A DNA stretch of 44,301 bases from Trichomonas gallinae (lineage: Eukaryota): the NCBI GenBank assembly GCA_008369845.1, contig MRSU01004364.1, forward strand, positions 1 through 44,301. The letters run 5' to 3'. Below are positions 11,801 to 20,700 of the stretch, piece by piece. The translations under genes were made by a program, and so were the position numbers. Numbering within the stretch: the first letter of the stretch is position 1; every line of letters begins with the position of its first letter. Below the pieces are notes generated by a model. That model was not told the DNA's origin. It worked only from the letters and a program-made list of their open reading frames with translations, and searched no databases.

Positions 11801-14626
11801 ATTTTCATCTTCAAATTTTTGCTTGAGATTTTTGATTTCTTGATCTTTTATTTCATTTAACTCAATAAATTTCTTCAATTGTTCGACTTGTTTCTTGATT
11901 GCTTCATTTATTGGCTCGTCGTTGATTTCTGACCCAATGGCAAGAATTCTCGTTATTTCTCTATTTGATTCCAATTTTTCATTTTCTAAACTTTGAAGTT
12001 TTTCTTTCAAGTCTTTCATTGACTCTTCAAGCATTGATTTTTCGTTAAGATTTGTTTCATTTTCGATCTGTAAATCATTGATCTGTTGTTTGAGATTATT
12101 ATTTTCATCTTTTATTTCGTGTAATTTTTGATTCATTTCGTCAATTTCTTCATGTAATTTCACGTTTTCTTCATCTTTGTTTTGCAACAATTTTTGAAGA
12201 TTTGACAAAGAATCTTGACATTGTGAATTCATTGATTTGATCTTATTTTGGCTCTCAATTAATTGTTTCTTTAGATCTGTAATTTGATTCTCAAGGTCTC
12301 TGATTGTTTTACGTAGTTTATCATTTTCAGCCAAGTTTTCATTCTTTGTTTTTTGATCACGATTTAATCTTGCAATTTCATCTTCTAATTCTCTGTTCTG
12401 CTTATTTAGCTCATTAATTTGATCCTTTAAGTCATTATTCTCAAGAATTGTCTTGTTGTTATTGTTCTTAAGTTCATCTTTTTCTTTTTGTAATTTGTCG
12501 TTTTCATCATTATTCGTTCTAATAATTTTTTGTAGTCTTTCATTTTCTTTCTGGACCTGTGTCATTAACTTGTTTAAATCATTAATCTTCGGCTGCAATG
12601 CGAGAATTTGTTTATTCTCTGATTTTGCATTTTGGAGCTTTTCTTTAAGATTTTCATTATCATTTTGAAGCTTTTCGATTTCTTCTTTTTGATTTTCTAA
12701 TGTTTTAGAATTTGTTGATGAAAGTGGAATTAATTGTATTTTAGCTTTTCTTAAGAATTTAATGAAATCATCTCTTTTAAGTAAGAAATCTCTTTTTATT
12801 GCTGTCAAAGATGATTTAAGATCTTTGAGTTGTATCTTCTTAAAATCACTTATCAATTCTTGAATGATTTGGTCTTTATGATTATTTTCTGCATTCAGTC
12901 TAATGTTTTCTTCTTTCAATGAATAGTTTTCTTTTTTAGCTTTTTCAAGATTTGATTTCAAATGAATTATTTCTAAATTCTTTTGAGAATCATTTGATTT
13001 GTCTGAATTTTCTTTGGTTTGCAGTTTGCTTCTTAAATCAGCAATAGTTTCAGATAAATCTTTGATTCTTGATTCATATTGTTCAATAACAGCCTGATCA
13101 ATCTGTCCAAAATCACTTCCACTTATATCCAAAGAAGAAATATTGCTCGAATTATTGTATCCATAATCACTTGAATTTGCCTGTTTCAAATTTTCATTTT
13201 CTTGTTTTAATAACAAAACCTGTCTCTGTAATTGTATAATCTGATCATTTAATGACTCTGTTTCTTTTGTTTTATCGACCAATCTTTGTTTCAAAATGTT
13301 TAAATTGCTGACAAAATTCGAATTTGTTATTTCACCTTGTTTGCTTTGTGCTAACATGTCTTTTAATTGTTTATTGCTTTCTTCCAGTCTACTATTGTAT
13401 TCTTTTTGAGCAGCCAATGTTTGCTTGAGTTTAGTAATTTCATTATCCTTTTCTTGCAATGAACTATCGCTTTTATAATTTTGGTTTTGCAAATTTTGTA
13501 ATTTTACTTTCATTTCATCAAGTTTTTCATTTAATGATTTATTATCATCATCTTTAATTTTAGATTTATTTTGCTGGTCTTGGAGCTTTGAGTTTAAATC
13601 ATTGTTTTGTAACTCTAAATCTTCTATTTTCCTGTTGAGTTCGAAATTTTCTTTTTGTAAGTTTTGTATTCTATCTTGCGAGTCTTTATAAACGTCTCTG
13701 AAGTTCGAACCACCTTCTTCTCCAAGCAGTTCCTGCTGAAGTCTTCCTATCTCTTGTCTGGCCTTGATTAATTCATCTGTACGTTGATCTATTAATATTT
13801 TTTGCGAAGAATTTTCAATTTTCAAATTTTCTAGTTTATTTTTCATTTCATCAACTTCTTTTTGTGCTTGAGGTGTAATTTGTTTCTGACTAAGCTTTGT
13901 TTGTAATGCTTCGATCTGTTTTTGTAAGTTTTCGTTGTTTTCTCGAAGATTTTCATTTTCTTGTGTTAATTCTTCAGCTTCTTCACGTCCAAATCGTTCC
14001 ATTGACTTCATTCTATTCTCAAATGTAATACTTTCGCGATTTAATATGTTTAATTGCGGCATTAAAAATATAACATATTGTGATGTTGATTTATCTTGCG
14101 AAATTGGAGTACCTTCTATATCTAATATCGTTAAACTTATTAGTGAATGCAGTTTTGTAAGTTCAGAACGTGCTGAAATAGGATTAAAACTTATTCTCAA
14201 CTGATTCAACGCTTGCAAATTCTTTATTGAGCGAGGAATTGTAGTTATTTCGTTATGATTCAGCGATAATGATCGTAATTTTGTTAATTTCATCAATGGA
14301 ATAATATCTTTGATCTTGTTATATGATAAGTTGAGCGATTCGAGTGTAGTTAATCCTTGTAAATGTGTTAAATCACTGATTTTATGTCCAATAAGACTCA
14401 ATTTTCGAATATTTTGGTACAATTTGATTGGTTGTAATCGATAAATGTAGCCTTTATCGGGCGAAAAGCTGAATTCCACCGAATTTACTTCATCCCTGTT
14501 TATGTCACCTGAGATTGTTCTGATAAATTCATCGTCGAACGTCAACATCGGTGAATTCGACATCGGAGATAAAAGTAAACGGTCGCTAAATTTTATTTCT
14601 TTTTTATTTTCTTGTTTCATCATCAT
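2855..14626 (-). CDS. 3923-aa protein with N-terminal SDS22-type LRRs plus cap, then ~3700 aa of coiled coil; centriolin/CEP110-like
   Basis: Uninterrupted 11.8-kb ORF. LRRs LESLNLSYNKIKDI, LRSLSLNHNEITTI, LNQLRISFNPIS, then cap QYVIFLMPQLNILNRESIT. The remainder is heptad-patterned and E/K/Q/N/L-rich. Confidence 0.9.
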   Translation of the reverse strand: MMMKQENKKEIKFSDRLLLSPMSNSPMLTFDDEFIRTISGDINRDEVNSVEFSFSPDKGYIYRLQPIKLYQNIRKLSLIGHKISDLTHLQGLTTLESLNLSYNKIKDIIPLMKLTKLRSLSLNHNEITTIPRSIKNLQALNQLRISFNPISARSELTKLHSLISLTILDIEGTPISQDKSTSQYVIFLMPQLNILNRESITFENRMKSMERFGREEAEELTQENENLRENNENLQKQIEALQTKLSQKQITPQAQKEVDEMKNKLENLKIENSSQKILIDQRTDELIKARQEIGRLQQELLGEEGGSNFRDVYKDSQDRIQNLQKENFELNRKIEDLELQNNDLNSKLQDQQNKSKIKDDDNKSLNEKLDEMKVKLQNLQNQNYKSDSSLQEKDNEITKLKQTLAAQKEYNSRLEESNKQLKDMLAQSKQGEITNSNFVSNLNILKQRLVDKTKETESLNDQIIQLQRQVLLLKQENENLKQANSSDYGYNNSSNISSLDISGSDFGQIDQAVIEQYESRIKDLSETIADLRSKLQTKENSDKSNDSQKNLEIIHLKSNLEKAKKENYSLKEENIRLNAENNHKDQIIQELISDFKKIQLKDLKSSLTAIKRDFLLKRDDFIKFLRKAKIQLIPLSSTNSKTLENQKEEIEKLQNDNENLKEKLQNAKSENKQILALQPKINDLNKLMTQVQKENERLQKIIRTNNDENDKLQKEKDELKNNNNKTILENNDLKDQINELNKQNRELEDEIARLNRDQKTKNENLAENDKLRKTIRDLENQITDLKKQLIESQNKIKSMNSQCQDSLSNLQKLLQNKDEENVKLHEEIDEMNQKLHEIKDENNNLKQQINDLQIENETNLNEKSMLEESMKDLKEKLQSLENEKLESNREITRILAIGSEINDEPINEAIKKQVEQLKKFIELNEIKDQEIKNLKQKFEDENQKMKEQLETQSKEYEKQVNELQESFKQKEENLSKEIEDLKTEISDKELIINDLNQKLLNSQEENKVIPEMSKEIENMKQQINSKDKEIQELKNELSNLRKDFDQSKKNIESTLTELNVTNFDELQSQISSNLDDKKKLEQKLNNLLKDLEDARNKLSMKDEQQKSVSILEADNTLLKQRLDNIEKIHKIETDELNKEIKVLTDAKARLSSEVEDITNENISLRSQMNSSLSINSPSNDEYNGMKKKLNALVELNGKLEMQLKQLSVSTVPKDQYNELTANMNAVEQELREAKRQNASYLQELQNTVPVDDYNAKEESLQRTFSTIDQLKSSVKAAQKELQNMKSTMHSQTKQLTALENSLAQKDSELSQLKEQNSKMESIIDELEAENNNQSKLNEMVKNRDLQIKLLENQMENMKSQLNESMNLTNENSLLQSNLQTKETQNKNLANENSMLFQNLQAKEALNKTLEQENSQLKENLQNIEMKFKLNDNELQKLKENIKQKENTIADLMKEKQTYQNSLSEADRIQSDLRSKDIQLDYLTNENKKLKELLLDNENSLRKKENEYRDISNEVKRLKDLISTKENEVERATAELKHKENENRDVSNELRRLKDQLTDLSNQVSRQNSEIKSLRDSNADKDRKINLLTESNNDLQNIANEKDSKFKVINDERNQLKEILHDKEIENENLKHQNEDVKFSIQKLTNKIENLQKEIEESEAKINKSEQENDSLKKDLQSLRNENRKLSLQMEEKELTLSDQIKELGRTNKSLSNQLNESKEKLKTSENNIEQLNEENNKLKQQIKTDNTNNQRKIQDLTEQNNELQEIKSRFDSQKNDFEALKAENSSLKNENSVLKESISNKDDESKILNNKLQKLTDQNNELKETISNKDNESKILNDKVQKLSDANNELKESITNKINESKLLNDKIQKLSDQNNELKEANETLLNESVPNDIFKKLEQENKSLLQEIQDNQSQSTLLNESFTKQLQKKENELQQLKIDSEKKISDLQNNLASKEQILANLEKSAEMITKEIDGKRKVLNDNSQLIEQMQSKIFQKDKELTDLQKQLTNAKQESKSKDDHISSLSSKINELENQLNIKYNENHQLNDNIKNKDMEINTIKPTISDLQNKIIEVNNNNHELQIQLTQDKNSIFNLEAKLNQKENEIKLLQNQLNIERSNKESDKSLIDQNQQKIIELQTRFNSKDQEFNLLQQKMDQKDVEFNILMNSFENIQKELANANKEKTDLLLQNQEKEDSLTKAQSQIDQLTNALKQKEDALKASDDQIKELQSQTVVYQSQIYDNSSLMKSLQAVKEESQMREKYIDDQLKSLSFKDSQIRSLQDVNREKDDKIKKLESEILDLNGSTNEIKRIQEQSLNKESMMKSNLDNINNKLISMQNELMKVQNDLYAKNDENFVLHQTVEKLSRQNSELVLENERIHKLYNDILTNSHGLNSEINNLKDQLQNSKLEIDDLNNQLNSLRYNNGESTERINDLETELAEKNKLIKLMQNQMVQSSTDNMREVLEQKDREIKKLSENSDKVRILERQISDMKAEFNKKLTDLLNDLQAAENARVAAESEKKKLEIELSKLQVNDQQMFIMENKLKEMQKTIVDLKNDHNIKESQIMNQTKQIKKLGSFVTKAKSLKAENSLLKSQISDISYDGEDLSRTELDYSNNYFLTATDPNTRRISKLEKQISNLIQENEDLKLEIIHKSTSEENLDQLEIEKLQLKLKTAEEQLSKMKQIDSENKKLNRKVSLLEENNKNINDELQALIKENGSLKQANISLKVTTDSNALLQKTLTEKENEFARINKSQTKQIKDLETKVKTMDDENHQLSIDNENKGEEIERLENALKLKENQLKILSMNDQITEQLQSELSKKQMECERLISEVRAKKVEVHDVKIEIDKVNNDKEELLKIINVNSNLVQKLQKDVADKTEQITSLNAEIEEQKQEIEELQNELSKLKQKDEINETQISETTILVKQMKDSLKQICKDKNNLEDQTKINEEEIIKLSEKLQCKSEKIKKLKELLAQTQNDLKQAASDAQRLNNENSTLHYNIQNMERQLKQKVADKDTEINSLRNDLEAKSNMINEKSDSNLKIIQEKEEIIAKLKQQILELQNQIAKLNDDINHKDLEFKQLEESMEDLHKKFIQSDREKDKEIENLKNELENTIKSQKIQQKLVSNRESKLKENEKEVHSVLIENELLKSDIAKKSGEIDRLQKQISTFSITMANDSALIEEKARSDMQRQIENLMIANQTMTQNISTLKIEVQRKTNEIASLKNEKLSNNNNNEQLENEIAALKERSMKKEKENIELKNQNQELIKEIADKTLRLSEIEKNYLKHTISSKDFEMEMKPKLNSLEGENKALKEKIDVLQNDFEKQIKIKDDELENLQKTRDELNLKIIATENAAKINEKKKVKEIILKLKEVETVNDELRKQLNSANQKIDEQNKQLNNLQFTNDSMKKNVDELKGANISVSTELEVTKQRLLDSENALKILKKKYDDVRTLLKKFKEQNELLKKSQLSEQEMKDNENEKLTKENNEINEQNKDLSNTIQKLKQQIEELKSKNNQLENQLLNHKQNIAEITEKYSAENKLLQTKLDDAIKEQNSKNTDAINLQQKINELEKTIKAKDDEIEMLKSKLSEKDSDISKIKNNALDEKQKLLNQILILNNEIAQIKLQVSQFEAEKQKMNASISKLTNQKKELKSKFKQYTDSQQNSQFDIIKQKDSMIDDLRRENKKLQNALDLMKLDLERVNAILKEREMTNENLVMTINSMKTEINENEEKPKDDKTVEKLKSMVLKLKEENKFLKSRSKSSMMSEDNEKLEKYKQLAKKAQKILSYASSLRETIITTQSIYECIEILNMIFIAAKLEKVTLKKPVPDSPKKSLQSAIKDIQRIFPCVAAVVEDIDNIKTLDDQVDHLKRQFSLLRDVFDQREHTVDQLGQIISDINRNKSSNFIEESAKKASSIIAGDRKLR
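8989..9250 (-). repeat. 84-bp (28-aa) coding tandem repeat, about 3 copies
   Basis: Equivalent CTTT(G/A)AG positions at 8989, 9073, 9157 and 9241. Unit approximately ELKETISNKDNESKILNDKVQKLSDANN. Confidence 0.85.
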
Positions 14627-14660
14627 ATAATAAAAATTATCAAGTTTTATTTGTTTTTAA

Positions 14661-14870
14661 ATGATCTTTGATACCTACTTCCTTAACCTATTAGCGTATA
14701 CTCGCCATTATGCCTAATTTTTTATTTTTCTTAATTAAAAATCATGATACTATTAAAATCATCGAGATTTATTGAGCCAAATATGATTTTTGATACCTAC
14801 TGTATTAATTTATTAACATATTTTATCAATAAAATCTAATTTTTTATTCTAAATAAATATATAGAACCAT
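14661..14870. repeat. Degenerate ~122-bp tandem duplication just upstream of the centriolin-like gene
   Basis: ATGATCTTTGATACCTACT (14661-14679) vs ATGATTTTTGATACCTACT (14783-14801), each followed at similar distance by TATTA and CTAATTTTTT. Confidence 0.65.
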
Positions 14871-15127
14871 TTATATAGTATTTTCCATTATAATTATAAA
14901 ATTTAATGGAATAATTTTATATTTTTGCAAGAGATAATGGATAAATATGAAACATGATTTTGAAATTTTGAATTTAGAATATTTTCCATTTTAGGATATA
15001 AATTATGAGTCCATATCATCAATATATTATGTATTTCATGATTAATAAAATAGACAAATGCCAAAATAATTTGAAAATTTGAAAAATATCGGAAAGAAAA
15101 AGATCTTTACATACATTATATAACATA

Positions 15128-15658
15128 TTATATGAACGGATCCTGCCATTCTTGTAGCATTGGGTCATTTGTGTTTATATTTGATTTCCAAAGCGAATCA
15201 AATTCGCTCTCAATGTCTGCGAATACATCTTTAATAGTTATCTTTGGTTCTGATAGCTTTGGATTATCTTCCTCTTTGATCTTCTTTGCTGGTTTATTTC
15301 GATGTTTTAGTGGTGGAACTTTGCCTTTCGATATTAAAAGCGAATAACGATTCTTTATATTAACATCTGACCTTGTCGGAAAGAATTTGACTATTTTAGA
15401 CCAGCTAGGACCCATTTCTCTGACTTTTTCAATCAAGAATTTATCTTCATGAGCAGTCCAAGGCCCATTGACTAAGCCAGGCGATAAATAATTGAGATAT
15501 CTCTCTCTACATTGCCTGGTTGATCTAGTTTTCATAAATTGTCCAATTTTTTTCCAGCTATGGCATCCGTACATATTTACCAGCTCAATTAGCCTCGAAT
15601 CCTCTTCCGTAGTGAACTTCTGGCGTTGTGTCTTCTCTTTTACTGTTGCCACTTCCAT
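15128..15658 (-). CDS. R2R3-Myb DNA-binding protein, 176 aa
   Basis: Two Myb repeats: KFTTEEDSRLIELVNMYG..W..IG..MKTRSTRQCRERYLNYL and PWTAHEDKFLIEKVREMGPSWSKIV..FPTRSDVNIKNRY. Short acidic C-terminus. Confidence 0.95.
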   Translation of the reverse strand: MEVATVKEKTQRQKFTTEEDSRLIELVNMYGCHSWKKIGQFMKTRSTRQCRERYLNYLSPGLVNGPWTAHEDKFLIEKVREMGPSWSKIVKFFPTRSDVNIKNRYSLLISKGKVPPLKHRNKPAKKIKEEDNPKLSEPKITIKDVFADIESEFDSLWKSNINTNDPMLQEWQDPFI

Positions 15659-17788
15659 GAATTATAAAATCTTCTTATTTTGAGAGGACCTCTGTCAATT
15701 AAAAAAATTGAAATGATCTGACTTTTACTTTTCAGATCAAAACCTCCATTATTTATTTGGTTATTGATATATATGGTTTAAACAAATAAAATTAATTTAG
15801 GTTAATGAAAAATTAATAAGATCCATGTAGCCTATGCATGCCAATGGACAAAGAATAATCCATTGAAAAGCTTTCAATGAAAATTCCCTTCAGAATTTGT
15901 TCAAAGTTAAACGTTATTATTGCGCTCTATCGTTAACAATGTCTTGTATTAGCAGAAAACCTTTGAAGAAACAAAATGATTCTCAATTATCAAACCGAAG
16001 CTTTTGAATTTTATCATCGATAAATTCGAATAGATTATCGAATTCATTTTCTTATATGAATCAAATCACTTTCAATAGTCATTAATTCACGCCAATAAAA
16101 ATGTTTTTTTTTTTTTTCATCAAATGAAATTTTTTTCACTGATAATATCCTAAATCATGCGTAGATATGGTCAATAACAATCATATTCTGGACTTATCCA
16201 AAAAGTTATGAAATAATTATTTTTTGTTCAAAAAAATAAATTAACAATATATCGAATAATATTATAATTCCAATATAATATTATAATTATGCACTGCTGC
16301 AATCGTGGATTTTAAAGATTATCTGATAATTTTTTTTTTGAAAGCGCGAATTTTTAATTTTGCTGATATATGAATGGTATATCGATGATTTCCAATTATA
16401 TTGCTAATGTTTGTTTTATTTGTTTTAATTTTGATTTGATTTTTTAAATGTTGAATATTATGCAGTATTATATGACCATATCCAAAGGAACTCGTGTTCC
16501 TCATGTTACTTTAGCTTCATGGCCTTATAATTTTCAAAAATAGTGTAGTCATTGTTATCTTCAGTAATAAAAAGAATTGCTTTCAAAAAATTCAATGATC
16601 ATAAATATACTGATTTGCTCAAAAATATGCTTATTGTCTAATGCAATGAAGTATATTTCGATTAATTTTGGATTGGCTCTCAAAAACTATATCGTTAGAA
16701 TTCGTTCATTCAAAATGGAAAATTTTTAATCGGAAATTCGATACAAATAATTGATCATAATACTCACTGACAGATATGCAATAGATTAATCCGATATATT
16801 ACTTTTGAATGAACTTGCAAAAGATTTTTTGAGTAAATTTTGAAAAGGCAAAATATTCAGAGCATTTTCATGATTAATCACAATAATGAAATTAAAAACT
16901 AAATAATATTGATATAAATTATTAATTAAATCAATATAATTATTATTATTAAACAAATATTGATGTTGAATATTATTAACTCTAGTAACAAAGTTTCATA
17001 TCCCAAAATATCAAACTAATAATTAAAATTGATTTTCACAATTATGGAATTTATCTACCAATTTTGATGTGTTATACACTATATATGAATCATATGCATA
17101 TATGACGAACATCTGCAAAAATTCACTTGATGCGCGAAAACAAACTTTAATCTGACATTATGGTTTATCGGTATAATTCATACAAATTTCAATGGTTGAA
17201 GCTTCATAAAAATTAAACAAAAATTACGAAATATTATTTCGGAATTTCTATCATGATCGGGAAATAATCCTTTGATTCATCTCTAGTTTTAATATAATAT
17301 CTGATTCCTTTTTAGGGCCAAAATTTAAATTAATAACTGGAAGGACTTTGTATAAAATATTATTGATTTTTTGTACTAATTTAAATTTTGAAAAGATAAA
17401 ACACGATATTTTCAACTTTTAAATAATGATTATAGATATATTATACAAATGAATGAGTTAATTACTATTTAAAAGTTGATATTACATATAATCGAATGAA
17501 GTATTTGGTATAAACAAAATTATTTGGCCATAATTCATTGAATAGCGAGTAAAGGTTGAATCTAATCATAACCATTATAACTGAAAGATTCAGAAATTAT
17601 TTACATGTCAGATATATCTTTACATGACAGATATCAAAACGTCAAGAGAAAAACTCTTCGCAACATTACAATATATTGCACATATATCCTAATATCAGGT
17701 ATTTCATGCTTATTTTAATGTATAATAATTATTAAAAAATATTATTAACATAAATTACAAACATTTTATACAAATATACATAATAAAA

Positions 17789-20700
17789 TCAATCGATATT
17801 TCTTAATACTGTTCTATGCGATGGTTTCTTCGGTTTATCTTCTTGATTTCCTTGGTTTTGTTCACGTGCTTGTGATGATGGTCTTTTCTCAGGAGTCAAA
17901 GTGTTCTTCATGACTGTATCCATATGTGCGAGCTGCTGCAATGATGCAAATGATAGATGTTTTGGCTTATTGCGCATCAGCTCTTGAGTTTGCATCTCTT
18001 GGTATGCATCATTGTTGTTATTAACTGGAGCAAGAGATGTTTCTTCTCCATTTCCAACTTGTCGAGAGCCAAGATAAAGTGAACGAAGAGATTGGCTGTC
18101 CATGATGAGTGTTTCTCTAGGTCTTGAAACGTTTCTGTCGTAGTTTTGCGGTTTGAACACAACATGATGGGTTGGCATTCCTCCTCTTGCAGTTCTTCGC
18201 ATTCTTGACGACTGTAATAATTTATTTTCGGTTTCTTCCTCAACATCAAGAGGAGCTTCTGACTGATAACGCGTCCTTGGTGACAATGGAGGCAGAGAGC
18301 TCTGTGATGTAGTCTTCTTGATATGAACTTTCTTTTTTGGATCTTCAGACAAAGCATGTTCATCGACTTGCTTTGGGATTGGCTTGACGATAACAGGAGG
18401 AGGTTCTTTCTTCTCTTCTTCCTCTTCATTAGGCTGTTTCTCTTCTTTCTTATCTTCTTTCTCTTCGTGCTTTTGTCGTGTTTTTTCTTCTTTACTCTTA
18501 TCTCCATTTGGTTTGGGCTGTGACGGTGCAACAATGACTGTTGATTCCTTCTTTTCTTCCTCTTCTTTCTTGTTTGCTTCGTCCTGTTTATTTTGATCTT
18601 TTTTGATAAAATTTTCTTTATCTGCTGTTTCTGGTCGAGATAATGGAGCAACTTCAATTTTTTCCTTCTTTTCTTCCTCTTCAGTTGGTTTAATTTCCAT
18701 CTTATCTTCTTCTTCGTGATTTGGTTGTAAAGTTTCTTCTTCTGTACCTCTTAGCTTATCTTCAATGATGCATTTATCTTCACTAGGTTTAGGCTGTGGT
18801 GCAGGAGCAAAAACAATCGTTTCTTTCTCCTCTTCCTCTTCGTTTGCATGACTTTCTTCTTTCTTGTCTTCTTCTTCATGCTTTTTTTGCGGAGTTTCTT
18901 CTTTGATTTCTTCTTCTTCAGCAGCCTTTGCCTGATCAGGTTCAGATTTTATTTCTTCTTTAACAGGCTCGGCTTCATTATCATTGGGATGAGTAGGTAT
19001 CATAATAAATGCAGGAAGATCATTCTTTTGTTCCTTTGGTTGTTTCTCTTCTTTATTTTCTTCTTCCTCTTTATGCATTTCTTCGTTGCCGGCTTTTGGT
19101 TTGGTTGTTTCTTCTTTTTGATATTCTTCTTCAACATGATTCTTTTCAGAATTTTCATTAAGTTGAGACTCTTTTTCTTGATTTAAATCTTGTTGGGGAA
19201 CTAATATAATAATTGGAGGATTTTCATTCTTTTTTTCCTCTTCTTCATTTGTCTTATCATCTTTTTTGTCTTCTTCTTCATGCTTTGCATCAACTAATTT
19301 TTCTTTCTTTTCTTCTTCTTCCTCATGCTTTTGTTGCGGATTTTCTTCTTCAGTTTCTTTTTGAATTGGTTGAGGAGCTGGAGCAACAACTACAGGTGCT
19401 TTCTTGTCTTCTTCTTCTGATTTTTCTTTAGATTCTTCTTTCTTCTCTTTTTCTTCATGCTTTAGCTGGTTGTTTTCATCTTCATTTGGTTTGGACTCAG
19501 AGGTTGGAACATGGACTATTGTTTCTTTCTTATCCTCCTCTTCTTCCTGTTTATTTTGATCTTTTTCGGTAACATTTTCACTATCATTTGTTTCTGACTG
19601 AGGTAATGGAGCAACTTCAATTGTTTCCTTCTTTTCTTCCTCTTCAGTTGGTTTATATTCTTCCTTCTTATCATCTGCTTCGTGATTTGGTTGTAAAGGT
19701 TCTTCTTTCTTTTCCTTTTCTTCTATTTCTTTAGTTTCTTCTTTCTTGTCTCCTTCCTCATGCTTGGACTGCTCATTTTCAAGATCTTTATCAATTGATT
19801 TAAACTCAGGAGTTGGAACAGGAACTGTTGTTTCTTTCTTTTCCTCTTTTTCTTCCTGTTTAGGTTGATCATTTTCGATAACCTTTACATTATGAAGTGT
19901 TTCTTGTTGAGGTAATGGAGCAACAACATACTTTTCTTTCTCTTCTTCTTCTTCTTCATTCCTTGCTTGCGAATTTTCTTTATGCTTCTCTTCAACTTTT
20001 GATTGTTTCTGCTGAGCATCTGGGACAACAACGATTTGTTCTTTCTTTTCTTCTTCTGATTTTGCTTGATTTTCATCTTTTCTATCTTCTTCCTCCTCAT
20101 CATGTAGTTGTTGTGGAGACTCTTCCTTCTTTCCTTCTTCTACATGCTTTGACTGATTGTTTTCAGCATATTTTTCATTCTCATTTGGTTTGGACCCAGG
20201 AACCGGAACATTTGTCTCTTTCTTTTCTTCTTCTTCAGTTGGTTGCATTACATCTTTCATATCTTCTTCATGATTTTGTTGTGAATCTATAACAGAATTA
20301 TCTTTCTGCTCTTCTTCTTCAGGTGACTTCACTTGTTCATCTTCAATTGATTCCTGTTTAGAAGGAATGACTACAGCTGGGAGTTGATCATTCTTTTCTT
20401 CTTCCTCTTCATTTAATTTTTCCTCTTCTTCAGGTTTTTGTATTGGAGATTCTTCTTTATTTTCAACTTCCCTAAGTTGATCATCATTTTCATTTTGTTC
20501 AGGGGGAAATGCTACAATAGCAGCTGCTGAATCGTTAGCTTCATCATCATTCGCCTCTTTGTCTTCGGTTTTATCTTCTTTTTCATGTTTTAGTTGAATA
20601 TTTTCTGTTGAATTTGGTTGAGGTGTTGGGACAGCTGTAGGTTCTTTTTCTTCTTTCTTTTCTTCATTTTGTAGTTTCTCTTCATTTTTGTCTTCTTCTT

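Noticed and set aside
3303..14204. Many plus-strand ORFs (F/S/L-rich) inside the centriolin-like gene
   Set aside because: Antisense shadows of E/K/N/Q codon bias; no independent motifs.
2855..14626. Viral origin (A-type inclusion protein) or myosin/SMC identity for the coiled-coil gene
   Set aside because: Any such similarity would be generic coiled coil. There are no motor, Walker or hinge motifs and no viral or Maverick genes nearby.
16319..16504. 61-aa ORF in the region upstream of the Myb gene
   Set aside because: Short, AT-driven I/K/N composition, no motif.
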